Assembly (NCBI RefSeq): GCF_036321535.1
Contig: NC_087451.1
Location: 9,734,001-9,798,000 of the forward strand
DNA from: Camelus dromedarius
Taxonomy: Eukaryota
DNA length: 64,000 bases
Direction of reading: 5' to 3'
Made by a program: the position numbers and the translations under genes. The notes under the pieces are model-generated. The model ran no database searches. It was given only the letters and a program-made list of their open reading frames with translations, and was not told the DNA's origin. Below, in pieces: positions 36,801 through 50,135 of this stretch. The stretch's first letter is position 1, and each line of letters begins with the position of its first letter.

Positions 36801-37229
36801 TTCTCTTTCTCTGCTTACAGGCCCATCTCGCCCACTGAACCCTGAGCTCCCTGAGTGCTTAAAAGTATAATTGGGTCTTACGAGTATTGTAGGAATAGTA
36901 CTAGTAGTTACCATAGTGATAGAAATACTAACACTCTAATGTATGGGGTACTCTCTCCATGGCCCGCGCTTTTCATTCATTGTCTGCTCCACAACTCAAC
37001 AACCACACTGAGATGTGTATCATCCCCACCTTATAGATGAATCACCTGATTCATCCATGAGACTCCGTGACATCAAAGCCCGAGGTCACCCCTCCTGCCT
37101 CTACCCTTTGTCTCCCTGCCCCCACCCTCCCCCATCCCCGCCCCCAGCACATAGTCAACGTACAGTCAAGATTCAGTGGTTTGTTAAATTAAACTAAATG
37201 TCTCATTTGTAGGCCTCCACCTTTGATTC

Positions 37230-37460
37230 TAAGATTACAGCTATTATGTCCCTACTATGTGCCAGGAATGGTGCTAGGGGCTTCAAAGTCACCAATTCAT
37301 TCATTTCCCAAACCTTACGAGGGAGGCCGCAATGTTTGCCCCATTTATTAGATGCCTCATGGAAGACTCAGAGAGGTTGCGTGCCATGCCCAAAGTCACA
37401 CAGCCGGTAAGGAGCAAAGCCAACAGGGAGCCAAGGCTGGCTCAAAGGGCTATGCTCCCA
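37230..37460 (-). mobile_element. MIR SINE
   Basis: ctactatgtgccagg...gactcagagaggttgcgtgccatgcccaaagtcacacagc. Confidence 0.75.
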
Positions 37461-39392
37461 AGCCCTCTGCTCTGCTGCCTCTTAGGAACAGAAGCCCTGG
37501 GGGCAGAGGAGTGAGCCGGGCAGGCGGGGAGGAGGGAGGAGCTGGAAGGCACATTCCATCAGACACAATTTTCTCAGACATTTCAGCCGATCCCTTAGTC
37601 CCTGTAGCACTAGATTGTCTCTAAAGCAAACGATGAAACGCACCATCCAGTTGCTCCCAGTGACATCTTATTTCTGCTCCTTCCGGGCCCCTGCACAGGC
37701 CCCTGTGCATTCCTGGTGACGTCACCCAGCTGTGCGCCCTCATCTCCCGGAGGAAGCTCTGTCACAGTTGGGAAGGGGGAGGGATGGGCGGGGGTGCGGA
37801 GGGATGACACGGAGACAGGCCCCTCTCGGCGCCTGAAGGAATGCGTTCCCGGCTCGGCCCTGCAGCCGAGTTTGGGGAGGGTCCCAGAGCAGGGTCACTT
37901 CCCCCGACTATCAGAAGGTGGACGCCGAAGCCTGAAATGCCCAGGCTAGAGATGAAAAATAATCCAACTGAATAAATAAATCACCAAAGAGAGCAGGAGC
38001 CACCGTCTGCCAAGAAATTCAATCCTAAATGTGGAGAGAGTTGGTAGGGGATGGGGGCTGGGGGGCCGGGGGACTGAGGTTCTGAAAAGATTTAATTGGT
38101 GATAGGGCCCTAAGAATATGTAAATAGCCTCTTGGTTTCTATCCTTTTAGGAGAAACAGATGCCAAAGACTCCAAGCTGAGTTTTCATATGAAAATCACT
38201 CAGACCTGGAGAATGCCATTTAAAATGTAAAAATTAAAATTCGATTGTTATCTCCTGGGGGTGGGGGAGGGCTCCCTGTTTGAGGTTTCCTTTTACATCA
38301 GCCCCCAAGCCCCACTGTAAGACCCATTTTCCGTGCCCCCCTGCCCCCTTCCCCTCCTCCAAAGCCCTAGGTAGATGGCATGAGGTAGATGAGGGCAGGA
38401 CTGGGGAGTTCTGTGCAGGGGTCTGCCCCTCCAGGGTCTCAAAAGCCTGCGGCTAAAACTTTAACTCCAAGATTATCTAAGTAAGGTTAACAATACCCAA
38501 GTCCAGCCTCTGCTGAGAACCGTCCAGTGACAAGGAATTGTCTGTCCTCTGTTTCTCCTTAGGCAGCCAATCCTATTAGTTTGGACAATGCTGATTCGTG
38601 GAATGTTCCCCCATAGGTTGAACTAAATTTTGTCTCTCCAAAGTAAAGTCTTTTACTTCTGCTCCTTGGCGCTACACAAAACGCAGTGGGTCATCCTTAA
38701 CTTTCCAACCCCTCTAGGAACCCTCTGGGATTTTGAAAATTAAAAGAGAAGTTGGAGAGTCTAACGGAAGGAGTCTTGGGGGGAAGAAAGTCAGGACACT
38801 TGTGTCGTAGGCTCAGTTTTACTCCCTGACTTTAAGGGCCTCAGTTTCCTCACCTGTAAAATGGGACGATAGATGCCCACCCTTTACTGATGGAATGAGG
38901 ATAAAATGAGAATAGAGGAATCACGTATTTAGAAAGTAAAGCAAACCTATAAAAGTGAGTTATGATTAACAACAGCAAGTGAAGCCATGGAAGTGAGGGG
39001 TTTGGAATGCCCTTCCTCCTCTGCAAATCGGCAAATAGAGAGGGGTGAACCTGTGATCTCTAAGGTCCCTCCCAGCTTGGAAGTGCAAAAGGATCCTGAG
39101 ACTGGGAGCCGTGCAGGATGGGAGTTTTCTAGTCCTTTGCAAACCAGCAAACACTGGCCCACTTGTCTCTGGCCCGAGTGGCTCCTATGAGCAGATAGAT
39201 TTTTAGAAAAGCAGACAGAGGAGGGTAGAGCAGCAGGAGAAACTGAGGAAGGGAAGCTCTTCTCGTTGTAACCATTTAGCGAGCACGTATCAAGCTCCCA
39301 GCACACGGAGCTCATCGGACAAAGAGACGCAAGAGAATTTCCCTAACAGTGGAGAATTCCCCAGTGACCCACACAGGATGACTTTTACACAG

Positions 39393-40035
39393 TGCAGTAA
39401 GCTGAGTAATGCCCCCTCCAAGATGTTCACATCCTAATCCCCCAAACCTGTGACTTTGCTATCTTTCATGGCACAAGGGACTTTGCAGATGCCAAAAAAT
39501 TTCATAATCAGGTGTTCTGGATTATCCAGATGGGCCCAGTGGGATCCCAAGGGTCCTTACAGGAGAGGCAGGAGGTCAGAGTCAGAGAAGAAGATGTGAT
39601 GATGGAAGCAGAGGTTGGTGTGATGTGGGGCCATCAGGCAAAGAATGTGGGTGGCCTGTAGAAACCAGGAAAGGCAAGGAAATAAACTGTCCCCTAGTAC
39701 CACCAGAAGGAGCACAGTCCAGCCAACCCATTTTGGTTTTTGTTTTTAATAAAGTCTTTTTTTCCAATATTTATCATCCCAACTGATCTCACTATATGTA
39801 TGTATGTACGTATGTACGTATGTATGTATTATGTCATGTGTTTAATGGAGGTACTGGGGATTAAACCCAGGACCTCGTGCGTGCTAAGCACATGCTCTAC
39901 CACTGAGGTCTACCCCCACCTCCCAGCCAATCCATTTTGGACGTCTAATCTCCGTAACTAAGATTTTACACCTGTGTGGTTTTAAGCCACTATATTCGGG
40001 GTGATTTCTTACAGAAGCAAAAGGAAACTAATACA
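39393..40035 (+). mobile_element. MaLR solo LTR, MLT1B/C/D-like, with SINE insertion
   Basis: taatgccccctccaagatgttcacatcctaatccccc...ttaagccact...gcaaaaggaaactaataca. Confidence 0.85.
39737..39923 (-). mobile_element. Vic-1 SINE with extended 3' tail
   Basis: gtactggggattaaacccaggacctcgtgcgtgctaagcacatgctctaccactgag; TSD cagccaa(c/t)ccattttgg at 39720-39736 and 39924-39940. Confidence 0.9.
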
Positions 40036-40159
40036 CATGGCTCACAGAGAAAACTTTCTATGTTGATTCTTATACAATTATTTTTATCTGTATTAGAGTA
40101 CATGGAACACGTTAAGATACACACACACACAAACATACGAGTACAAGCACGTCTAACCC

Positions 40160-40805
40160 AAACTCAATCCCACCTTGAGGTCTTTGCTCTTGCTACTCTC
40201 TCTGCCAGGAATGCTCTCCCCCTAGATCTTGACATAGCTCCCTCCTTCTCAGCTCTGTTATCTCTGCTTACTTCCTCAGAGGCTCCTTCTCTGGCTGCCC
40301 TTTTCTAAAACAGTTCCATGCGTCCCACCACCAGTCCCCCTGATGATCCAGTGTTTTTCAAACTACAGGCTGCCATCCATTGGTAGATTATAAGATGTGT
40401 CTTAATGGCTTGTAACCAGTGTATTTTTAAAATACAATAGAGAAAAAGAGGCAAACTGAGAGCACATCACATGTAATAAAGGTAAGTATTGTTATACAAC
40501 CTTTTTGTTCTGTTCTGTGTGTGTTTGTATATATATTGGACTGCAATGTGAAATCACTTACTATGCATCAAATATTTCGATCTGATACATCACCCTGCTG
40601 AACTTCCTCCTGGGCTGTTATCACCATCAGTGATTCTTGTATCGTATATATGCATCTACGCTCCATTTCCTCTACGAGAATGTGATCTCCAGAAGGTAAA
40701 GACTTTGACTATATTTTTCTTTGCTGTGTCCCTGGCATCTAGAGGAGTCTGTTACCCGGCAGGCATTCAACAAAGATTTGTTGAAGGAATGAAAAAATGA
40801 ATTGA
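40160..40805 (+). mobile_element. L2 3' region interrupted by a hAT-Charlie MITE (about 40350-40580)
   Basis: ctctgccaggaatgctctcccc and caggcattcaacaaagatttgttgaaggaatgaa; the insert begins cagtgtttttcaaact. Confidence 0.6.
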
Positions 40806-43611
40806 GCCCATGATTTCATGAGTATTACGGTAAGAACAGGGGTAATGTTTTTTAAAGTAAGTTAATTTAAGGAATCATATTAAGTAAATAGTCATACAAG
40901 TGGTGTCCGCTGAGGCTAGCTGGGGGAGGAGATGCAGAAGGACCAAGGCACAGATGGATCCCCGCCCCTAGAAGTTTGGGGATAACGTCCACCCCGTCTC
41001 GTTCTGCCGTCCAGAATGCCACAGTCCAGAGTACAGAAGTGACTGCTCCCCGATCACAGAGCCGCCGGCAGCAGAAGCAGCAGGCGAGCCCGAGTGAAGG
41101 CTTTGGGCATGTTGGTTTCCTTTCAATCCAACCACACTTGGACCCCGGAGTCTGAAAAATCCAGGATGAGAAGCTTCACCCCAACTCTAGCCCCACCTTC
41201 CCCACCACCCACTCCCATCCTGTGTTTTTTTGTTGTTGTTGTTTTTCTTTCTCTTCTACAATATACCACCCAGGAGCACTGAGGCAGTTCCATGCAGTGG
41301 AAAGATACCCAGCTTGGGTATCAGAAATGGCTTCTAATAGACCTGTATCTACTGCTTATTAACCAGGAAACAAGCAAGTTTCTTACCCTCTCTGAGCCTC
41401 ACTTTCCTTATCTGTAAAATGTGGAAGTAAAATAACAACTCTGCAAAGTGTGCAGAAGAAAGGAGATTCTCAGGACATGTTGGTTCCCTTCCCTTCTCTC
41501 CCAAGGGATTTATGCAGTGTTATGGTGGGTCGACCTTTAACAAATGCCCGCACATGGCGAGTACTGTTCAGATGCCATCGGTGACGAGCTACCAGGGGGT
41601 CCCACCCTCAAGTGTCAGCTCCAAGCGATCCAGGTGTCCTTGCAAGAGGATTCTGTGCCCTGAGGTGGAGGGCATTCGTGGCAGGGGAATGGGACACCCA
41701 GGCTGTGTCAGGGCATGAATGAAGGATCTTGGGGATGGTGACAGGCCCCTTCCAGCACCAGCATCCCTTTGGCCCATCCCTTTCCCACTAAGTTACAGTC
41801 TAGCCGAGACCACACAATGACATTCATGAACTCTAGTCGCTTTTGCTTTCATAAACCCCTGTGGGTCCGAGGCAGGTGGACACAGAGGGCGCCTGAAAGT
41901 GCATCAGTGTGTCAGGCTAACCTGGGCCTGCGGGTCAGTGGAAGAAGCAGGCTTAAATCTAGGTACTCAACTCAGGAACCTGTACTCCGAACCGTGAAGC
42001 TGTGTGTTCCCTCCTCCTCTACAATATGAAGACAATAATGCCTTCTCCCAGACCATTTGGAGCACTAGCAATGACGAACTCACAGTGCTGGGCCCATCCT
42101 AGCCTGTTCACAGAAGCTCAGATCATGGCCAATGTGACCGTCCCTGGACCAGCTCCCCAAGATGTAGATGGCTGAGCAATCATTTACTTAATGAGGTACT
42201 AATGTCCTTATTCTGGTAAATGGTATGTGCCTCCCCTGTAATCTCCCCGGGTCACTATGTAGCCTCGTTCTTCACTGAATTTATTTCTGTTTCTTCGATT
42301 ACAACCAACGGTATAGATTAGCATGCATCTCCTTGAAAAAATGAGAAAAATCAAAAGGAGAGCTGACCTGTAGGAGGAGAAAAAGAGGATTCAAGAGGCA
42401 GTTCCCAGAGGTTACATGAATTATCCCATAACCTTAAGGTGAACCTGCAGTTTCCACCAAGAAAATCCACTGAGATGAGGAAAGGGCAGCACACAGCATC
42501 ACTGCTCTAGAAAGAAATGGTGCAGCGCCCTATGGTGGTGCAGAGATGCCCACACTCCCCCAAGGACCCCTGGCAGACTCTGGTTCTTTAAAACTTGGCC
42601 CTCCCCAGTCTCTCTCTAGCGATGCCAGGTTAGAAGATGGAGGCTGGACCATTCCTGGGCAACTCACAGGTCAGGCCTCGCTCCCGCTGTACCCGAAGAA
42701 ATCTGAAGATCTGGAATGAGACAGACCTGGTTTCAAATCCTGGCTCTTTGATTTGTAACTTTGGGAACTTAACTCCAATTACTCAAAATTCCCTGAGGCT
42801 CCAATGAATGGAGATGGTAACTTTGTTGGGTGGTTTGGGAGCCCAGATGAGGTGGCTTATGGAAACAAAGTTTAGGCAAATGGTAGAACTCAAGGACCGA
42901 TAGCTCTTATTACAACAGCACAAGCTTTTTCCTGAGAACTGGAGAGTTTTCCCAAAGGCCAACATTGTAAGACTATATGTTGGGCCAACAGCACCACCTG
43001 GTGGTCAGTTCTAAGACCTGGCAAACCTGGGCTCCCTCTTTGGACTTTCTCAACTTGGTCAGACAGGGGCTCACATCACAAAAAAAGACTGCCTTCAAAA
43101 AGAGACTCTTCAGAAAGAGTCAGGAAGGGAATATATCTGAGATTTATAATACTTCACTGATGGAAGAAAAGCTGCTTATAGTCAGGAGGTGGACGTTGGG
43201 TTCAGTCCATCTTCTAAGACAAGACAGGCAAGACATTGTGCTTCTCTGAGGCTCTGTGTCTTCATCTGCATAATGAAAACAATGATATCTGTAAGCATCA
43301 AAAAGAAAATAAAAATGGACCTGGTAGACACTCAAGGCAAATTTTTTTTTAATATTTAGGCAATTTTTTTTTTAATATTTAGGAAGCAACGGCATATGTC
43401 TGGTCCCCTGAAGCTGTACCTGGTCTTTAGACCATTGGGATATGTGCCCTGAAGAGGTTTCCAAGAAGAAACAGCCAGCAGCGAGCCCTCTCCTGGGCCA
43501 GGCTCTACTCTCCAATTGCTTTTCCATCTGTGGGGGGCACTGCCCCAAAGCCTGACCTGTTTGGGAAGCACCCATCAGAAGCTGGGGTTCTTGGAGACTA
43601 GAGAAGGAAGA

Positions 43612-45480
43612 TCATTCATTCGTTCATCCATTCATTTAACAACAGTGGGGAGCACTAGAGATACAAAGATGATTTTGACATGGTTCCTGGCTCAGAGGAG
43701 CTGGCTTTCTAATTGGGGAGGCGGTCTCTTCAGCAAATGGTGTTCGGAAAACTGGACAGCTGCATGTAAATCAGTGAAGTTAGAACACTCCCTCACACCA
43801 TACACAAAAATAAATTCAAAATGGCTTAAAGACTTAAACATAAGACAAGACACTATAAACCTTTTAGAAGAAAACATAGGCAAAACATTCTCTGACATAA
43901 ATCTCAGCAATATTCTCCTAGGGGAGTTTNNNNNNNNNNNNNNNNNNNNNNNNNNNNNNNNNNNNNNNNNNNNNNNNNNNNNNNNNNNNNNNNNNNNNNN
44001 NNNNNNNNNNNNNNNNNNNNNNNNNNNNNNNNNNNNNNNNNNNNNNNNNNNNNNNNNNNNNNNNNNNNNNNNNNAGGGCTTAATTTCCAGAATATATAAA
44101 CAGCACATACAACTAAATAATTTAAAAAAAACCTCAATCTAAAAATGGGCAGAAGACNNNNNNNNNNNNNNNNNNNNNNNNNNNNNNNNNNNNNNNNNNN
44201 NNNNNNNNNNNNNNNNNNNNNNNNNNNNNNNNNNNNNNNNNNNNNNNNNNNNNNNNNNNNNNNNNNNNNNNNNNNNNNNNNNNNNNNNNNNNNNNCCATT
44301 GAAAAGTCCACAAATGATAAATGATGGAGAGGGTGTGGAGAAAAGGGAACCCTCCCGCACTGTTGTGGGAATGTAGTTTGGTGCAGCCATTATGGAAAAC
44401 AGTATGGAGATACCTCAAAAAACTAAAAACAGACTTACCATATGATCCAGCAATCCCACTCCTGGGCATATATCCAGAGGGAACCTTAATTCAAAAAGAT
44501 ACCTGCACCCCAATGTTCATAGCCCCACTATTTACAATAACCAAAACATGNNNNNNNNNNNNNNNNNNNNNNNNNNNNNNNNNNNNNNNNNNNNNNNNNN
44601 NNNNNNNNNNNNNNNNNNNNNNNNNNNNNNNNNNNNNNNNNNNNNNNNNNNNNNNNNNNNNNNNNNNNNNNNNNNNNNNNNNNNNNNNNNNNNNNNNNNN
44701 NNNNNNNNNNNNNNNNNNNNNNNNNNNNNNNNNNNNNNNNNNNNNNNNNNNNNNNNNNNNNNNNNNNNNNNNNNNNACTTATTTACAAAAACAGAAACAG
44801 ACTCACAGACATAGAAAACAAATGTATGGTTACCAGGAGGGGAAGGGGGTGGAGGGATAAATTGGGAGTTCAAGATTTGCAGATACTAACTAATACATAT
44901 AAAATAGATAAACAGCAAGGTCCTACTGTATAGCATAGGGAACTATATTCAATATCTTATAATAACTTATGGTGAAAAAGAATAAGAAAATGTATAAATG
45001 TATGTTCATGTATGACTGAAGCATTATGCTGTACACCAGAAATTGACACAACATTGTAAACTGACTATACTCCAATAAAAATATATCTATACTAACTGGA
45101 GAGACAGAAGAATAAAGAAACACTTAAATGCCATGGGCCAGATACTGTGATAGAGGTACGTACTCTTTAGGAAGGGAACACAGAGGAGAACGTATCTCAG
45201 CCTGGAGGAGTTGGATGGATTTGACAGTTACCTACTAAGTGCCAAGCACACGGCAAGGATTTAGGGATACAAGGATGGCTGAATCTCAACCCTCGCCCAA
45301 AGGGGCTGTGGTGGACTGGGGTGAGGGAAGGGTGCAGAGAGGAATGTGATGTGCGGTTTGGGACTGCAGGGGCTGGGGGTCCAGGAGACAAAGGGAACAG
45401 CCTGAGCAAAGAAAGGCTTAAAGGTGGGACAGAGCAGGGTCTGCCAGTGGCCTCTCCACACCCACCTACTGCATCTTCCA
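43612..45480 (-). mobile_element. L2 fragments flanking the L1 at 43721
   Basis: tcattcattc...ggttcctggctcagaggagct before; cagatactgtgatagagg and ggaacagcctgagcaaag after. Confidence 0.55.
43721..45091 (+). mobile_element. 5'-truncated young L1 (ORF2 C-terminus and 3' UTR), three N-masked parts
   Basis: ORFs read [33 protein letters not shown] and [32 protein letters not shown]; imperfect TSD ctaa(t/c)tgg(g/a)gag at 43709-43720 and 45092-45103. Confidence 0.95.
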
Positions 45481-45944
45481 AGCTGCTTTCCCTGCTTTGG
45501 GATTCAGGAAATGCAAATACCGTTTTTGGTCTGATGCCTTTTTTAAAGTTGGCTTATCCTCCGCTATTGTCCTTTCTCCAAAGGCCCCAGATCAGCAAGT
45601 CCTGTACCACGTCACCCAGACCATCCCTGGCAAGCCCCTCCCTGCTCACTCTGCATTAGCACTAAGCATCCTCTCCAAGGCCACCCTCCCAACAGTGGCC
45701 CGGCCCACCTTCCCTGGAGCCTCGAAGCCCTGGGCCTCTTCCAACCACCAGCTTGCCTGACACTCCAGGATTCCTCTGACCTACCAACTAGAAGGGAAAT
45801 ACTCCCAGGGAGGTACTACAGGGATGCTATAGGGCAGGGTGGGAGTGCCCTCAGGTTCCGAGCTCCCCTCCACTCCAGGCAGCCCCATCTCCCGAGCACC
45901 CCCTGGGTCCATTCACCCTTCAGCGGAGGCAGAGCAAAACAACG

Positions 45945-46167
45945 GAGAGCTTGGGGCCTGGAGCTCACATCCAAGTTTCACCATTTCCCAGCTGGGAGGC
46001 TTTGGACAAGTTACTTAAACTCTCTGGACCATTATTTCTTTGTTGAGAAAGTGGAGATGGTACCTACCACACAGGGCTGCGGTGCGGATTAAATAAAATG
46101 ATGCAGCGAAGTGCTTAAAGGACGGCCTGACGCATAGTAAGAGCTCGTTCAATATTAGCTGTTATTC
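45945..46167 (+). mobile_element. MIR SINE
   Basis: ggacaagttacttaaactctctgg...gcggattaaataa...atagtaagagctc...atattagctgttatt. Confidence 0.75.
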
Positions 46168-46199
46168 AGCCATGACTTTTTCCTGAGCTTCGACTGTGA

Positions 46200-48770
46200 A
46201 GGGATCCGAGCTGCAGCTGTGACCCAGACAGACCTGGTCCTCGCCTCACAGAGTTTACAGTCTGCCCTGGGGACAAACTGCTAATACTCAGTAAGGATGC
46301 GAATAATTATATAATCACCAGCTGTGATGAGTGCTATGAAGAAAATGGATAGGATGAATGGAGAGAATAAAAGAAATCAGAGGAGGCATTGGTCTCAGAT
46401 TGGGGGTGGTGACATTTAAGCCGAGACCAAAAGTATGTGCAGGAATGAGGTGATGAGCTGAGAATAGCGTGCCAAGTCCCCGAGGTGGCCAAGAACGCTG
46501 TGCCCTCAGGAACTGGGAGAAGAGGCCCAGTGTGGCTGCCGAGCAGCAAGCACAAGAAAAGGGCCCCGAGCTCAGGCTGGAAGAACTAGCAGAAGCCAGT
46601 GTCTGCTGGGCCCCGCGGGCCACATGAGAAACTGGACCTTTTTTTTAATTACTGAAGTATAATCGGTTGACAATGTTGTGTTAATTTCTGGTGTACAGCA
46701 TAGTGATTCAGTTATACACATATATATATTCTTTTTCATTATAGGCTATACAAGGTATTGGATACAGTTCCCTTTGCTGTACACTAGGACCTTGCTGTTT
46801 ATTCATTTTATATATAGTAGTGTGTATGCAAATCCCAAACTCCCAATTTATCCTTCCCCCACCACTTCTCCCCTGGTAACCATAAGTTTGTTTTCTATGT
46901 CTGTGAGTCTGTTTCTGTTTTGTTCATTTGTCTCATTTTTTCAATATTCCACGTATGAGTGATATCATATGGTATTTTTCTTTCTCTTTCCAGCTTANNN
47001 NNNNNNNNNNNNNNNNNNNNNNNNNNNNNNNNNNNNNNNNNNNNNNNNNNNNNNNNNNNNNNNNNNNNNNNNNNNNNNNNNNNNNNNNNNNNNNNNNNNN
47101 NNNNNNNNNNNNNNNNNNNNNNNNNNNNNNNNNNNNNNNNNNNNNNNNNNNNNNNNNNNNNACCCAGTCATCTATCAATAGACATTTAGGTTGTTTCCAT
47201 GTCTTGGCTATTGTATTCAGCACTGCTATAAATATTGGGGTGCATGTATCTTTTCAAATTAGACTTCCCTCCAGATATATGCCCAGGAGTGGGATTGCTG
47301 GATCATATGGTAAGTCTGTTTTTAGTTTTTTGAGGAATCTCCATACTGTTTTCATAATGGCTGCACCAAACTACATTCCCCCCAGCAGCGCGGGAGGGTT
47401 CCCTTTTCTCCACACCCTCTCCAGCATTTATCATTTGTGGACTTTTCAATGATGGCCATTCCGACTGGNNNNNNNNNNNNNNNNNNNNNNNNNNNNNNNN
47501 NNNNNNNNNNNNNNNNNNNNNNNNNNNNNNNNNNNNNNNNNNNNNNNNNNNNNNNNNNNNNNNNNNNNNNNNNNNNNNNNNNNNNNNNNNNNNNNNNNNN
47601 NNNNNNNNNNNNNNNNNNNNNNNNNNNNNNNNNNAGCTGAGAAACTAAGCCTTTTACTCTGTCAGTAGGAAGCCACTGAGGTGTTTTGGGCATAGGTGTA
47701 TTGTTCAGACATCACTCTGATAACCTTCAGAGTAGAATTGAGGATGCCAGAAAGGAAGTGATTATAAATCGGAACTGGGCTGAGACTAGCATGGGGACAT
47801 CAGAGATCCACTCACAAATGTAATCAACAGGACTTGGTGATGAGATGGATGTGGGAGGTGAGGGAGAGGGAGGATGAAGATCACATTTAATTGAGATGAG
47901 GAAGGACTGAAGAAGGACTATATGTCAAGCAAAAGAAAGAGTCCTCTTTGGAGATTAGGCAGGCTGTTCCTTATGGACATCTGGGATTCCTAAGAAATAT
48001 ACATTCAGGAGCTACACATTTGGGAGTGAGAACATAGAGCTGTCATATCAAGTCATGAGGATGAATAGCCACTTGGGAGGGATTGTAGAGGGACAAGAGA
48101 AGAGGGCTCATGGCCAGGGACCTGAGCACTTAGAAGCCAAGTAGAGAAACAAGAGCTAGCAAAGGAGACTGAGAAGGAGCCGCCCAGGATGCAGGAGGAA
48201 AACCAGCAAAAACTAATGTTTTAAAAAGGAAAAAGTGGTCCACAGGGTCTGTGGCTACTTCAGTGCTAAGTACGATGAAAACAGAGGAGCCACTGCGCAT
48301 AGCATCACAGTGGTCATTGGGGACCTTGGCAAGAGCAGTCTCATGGAGCAGTGAGGTGGCTGCCATACTGCACTGGGTGAATGCCAGGGCAGCATGTGTG
48401 AGCAGTTCTTTTTATCAGCTTAAATCAGGGGTGGGTGGGGTCGGGAATAAGAGAAGAGCAGTAGCTGGAGCAGGAAGGGTGGTGGGGTCCAGGGGTGTTT
48501 TGTTATCCCTTTCAAAAGCTGAAAAAACTGAGCGGCTGTGAGAGTGCTGATCAGAATGACCCAGTAGAGAGGATAAAAGGACAACACAGTCAAGAGAGGG
48601 GATAAAGATGGAGAAAGGGCTTTGAGAGGTGGGAGGGGGCTGGGGTCCAGAGCATCTGTGGGAGGATGAGCCTTTAAGGAGGCCAAGGAGAAGACGGGGA
48701 CAGATGGAGGAGGGTCTGTAAACTGAGCTGTTGAGGAGTGAGGACACAGCTCTGTGCAAGGCCCTCCTAC
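46200..48770 (-). mobile_element. Long L2 with RT remnant, interrupted by an L1
   Basis: Minus ORF 48130-48366 HETALAKVPND...VDHFFLFKTL resembles L2 RT STETALAKVTND...DTVDHSLLLETL; L2-like 3' sequence at 46200-46640 and 47640-48130. Confidence 0.75.
46642..47637 (-). mobile_element. 5'-truncated young L1, partly N-masked
   Basis: gtatcttttcaaattaga...cccaggagtgggattgctggatcatatgg; degenerate TSD tgagaaact...ccttt at 46625-46641 and 47638-47654. Confidence 0.95.
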
Positions 48771-49729
48771 ATTTAATCCTCAACACACATCCTGGGAAGT
48801 TGGTTTTAGTTCCTCCACTGTAGTCATGAGGGGGATGAAGCCCAGGAAATTTAAGTCACTTGGCCCGTTACCCTGTTCTTGGGTTGCCAAGCCACAGTTC
48901 AAACTCTAGTTTATCCAACTCAAAGACTGTTCTCTTCAACCTCTCACCTTGAAAGCTCACAAAACAATCCTCATTACAGACGGAGTGCTCAGTCCATGCT
49001 AGCCGAAGTGTTGGTTTTAAGCATAAGTTGAACCCCAGCCCAGCTTTGTTGATTTGAATCTCTTAGTGGCAGCAGAGCACGGGGCTCTGGGGAGCAGGAG
49101 GGGTTGACAAAGGGAAGGGGATTGCTTAGAAGGGAAGAGCTAAGATGAAATTGGGGTGGAAGGGCAAGACAGAGAGAAAAAGGAGGAAAGATAAGATCAG
49201 TATAAATTCACCGGGATGCAGATCCCACACGCGGCTCCTGGAACTCACCTGCTTCATCCCTACTACATCCTGGAGTGTGGCCCCCACACCTTTGGTCCAG
49301 ACACCACACACCAGAACATGGATGACCTGAGGTTCTTCTGGATCCTTGGCTTGCCAGAAGTCATGGTTTGGGGCTCCCCACCAAAGAGGCTGAGGCTCTA
49401 AATTCTGGATCAAGCCCCAGCTCCATCACTTACTCGCTGTACAGCTGTCAACAAGTCACTTTATCTCTAAAATTGTGAAATATTTATTGACGTGTTTTCC
49501 TCTGGTATTTCATGTTTCTAGATCCCTCGTCCCCTTAGGCAACTGGACTTTACAACATCTATTTCTTCAGGGAAGGAAAGTGACATCAGAAGCAAAGAAA
49601 CAGCTTTTGAGTTTTTTAAAAACAGACAGACACTGGGGGTCTCAGGACACAGCGATTACGGGATAGATCAGAATTAGGTTGCTTCATCCAAGGTTGATTA
49701 AAGCCCCCCCCCCCAATAAAGAAGTAACG

Positions 49730-50135
49730 GTGTGGTAAGACAGGCTAGCTGTTTACCAAGCCCATTCCCCTTGGTCTTGGACACCCAGGTAGGCTGCATC
49801 TGCCGGACATCTCTGCAGGTAAGCGTAGCCAGGTAACTGAGTCCTAGCAAACAGAAGTGCTCAGCAGTGGTGTCTGGTACTTCCAGGCCTGGCCTGGAAC
49901 ACCCCTTCCAAGCTCAATTCTCTGATGTTCCTGCTTTGTTCCATGGCCTGATGCCAACACACCAGCTACTTCAGAAGCCACATGTTAAGGATGAGTGGGC
50001 TACAGGTGGAAGGCACCAGGAGAGCCACCTACTGATGAGAAACATCCATTTTAGGCTCCATGGGACTGATAAATAAACTCCTACAGTGTTTGAAATATCA
50101 CACATTTGTAGGGTTTGTATCTAATGCTGCATCAT
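49730..50135 (+). mobile_element. Old MaLR LTR (MLT1I/J-like)
   Basis: tgtggtaagac...ccaggtaactgagtcctagc...tacttccaggcctggcc...gaagccacatgttaaggatg. Confidence 0.7.

Noticed and set aside
38182-38195. Perfect 14-bp palindrome ttttcatatgaaaa
   Set aside because: A few of this size are expected by chance in 64 kb
42523-42541. CTCF-like motif on the minus strand (gcaccaccatagggcgctg)
   Set aside because: Mismatch at a near-invariant G and no other support
43516-44860. ORFs with clear protein homology
   Set aside because: They are L1 ORF2 from a 5'-truncated copy, not a host gene
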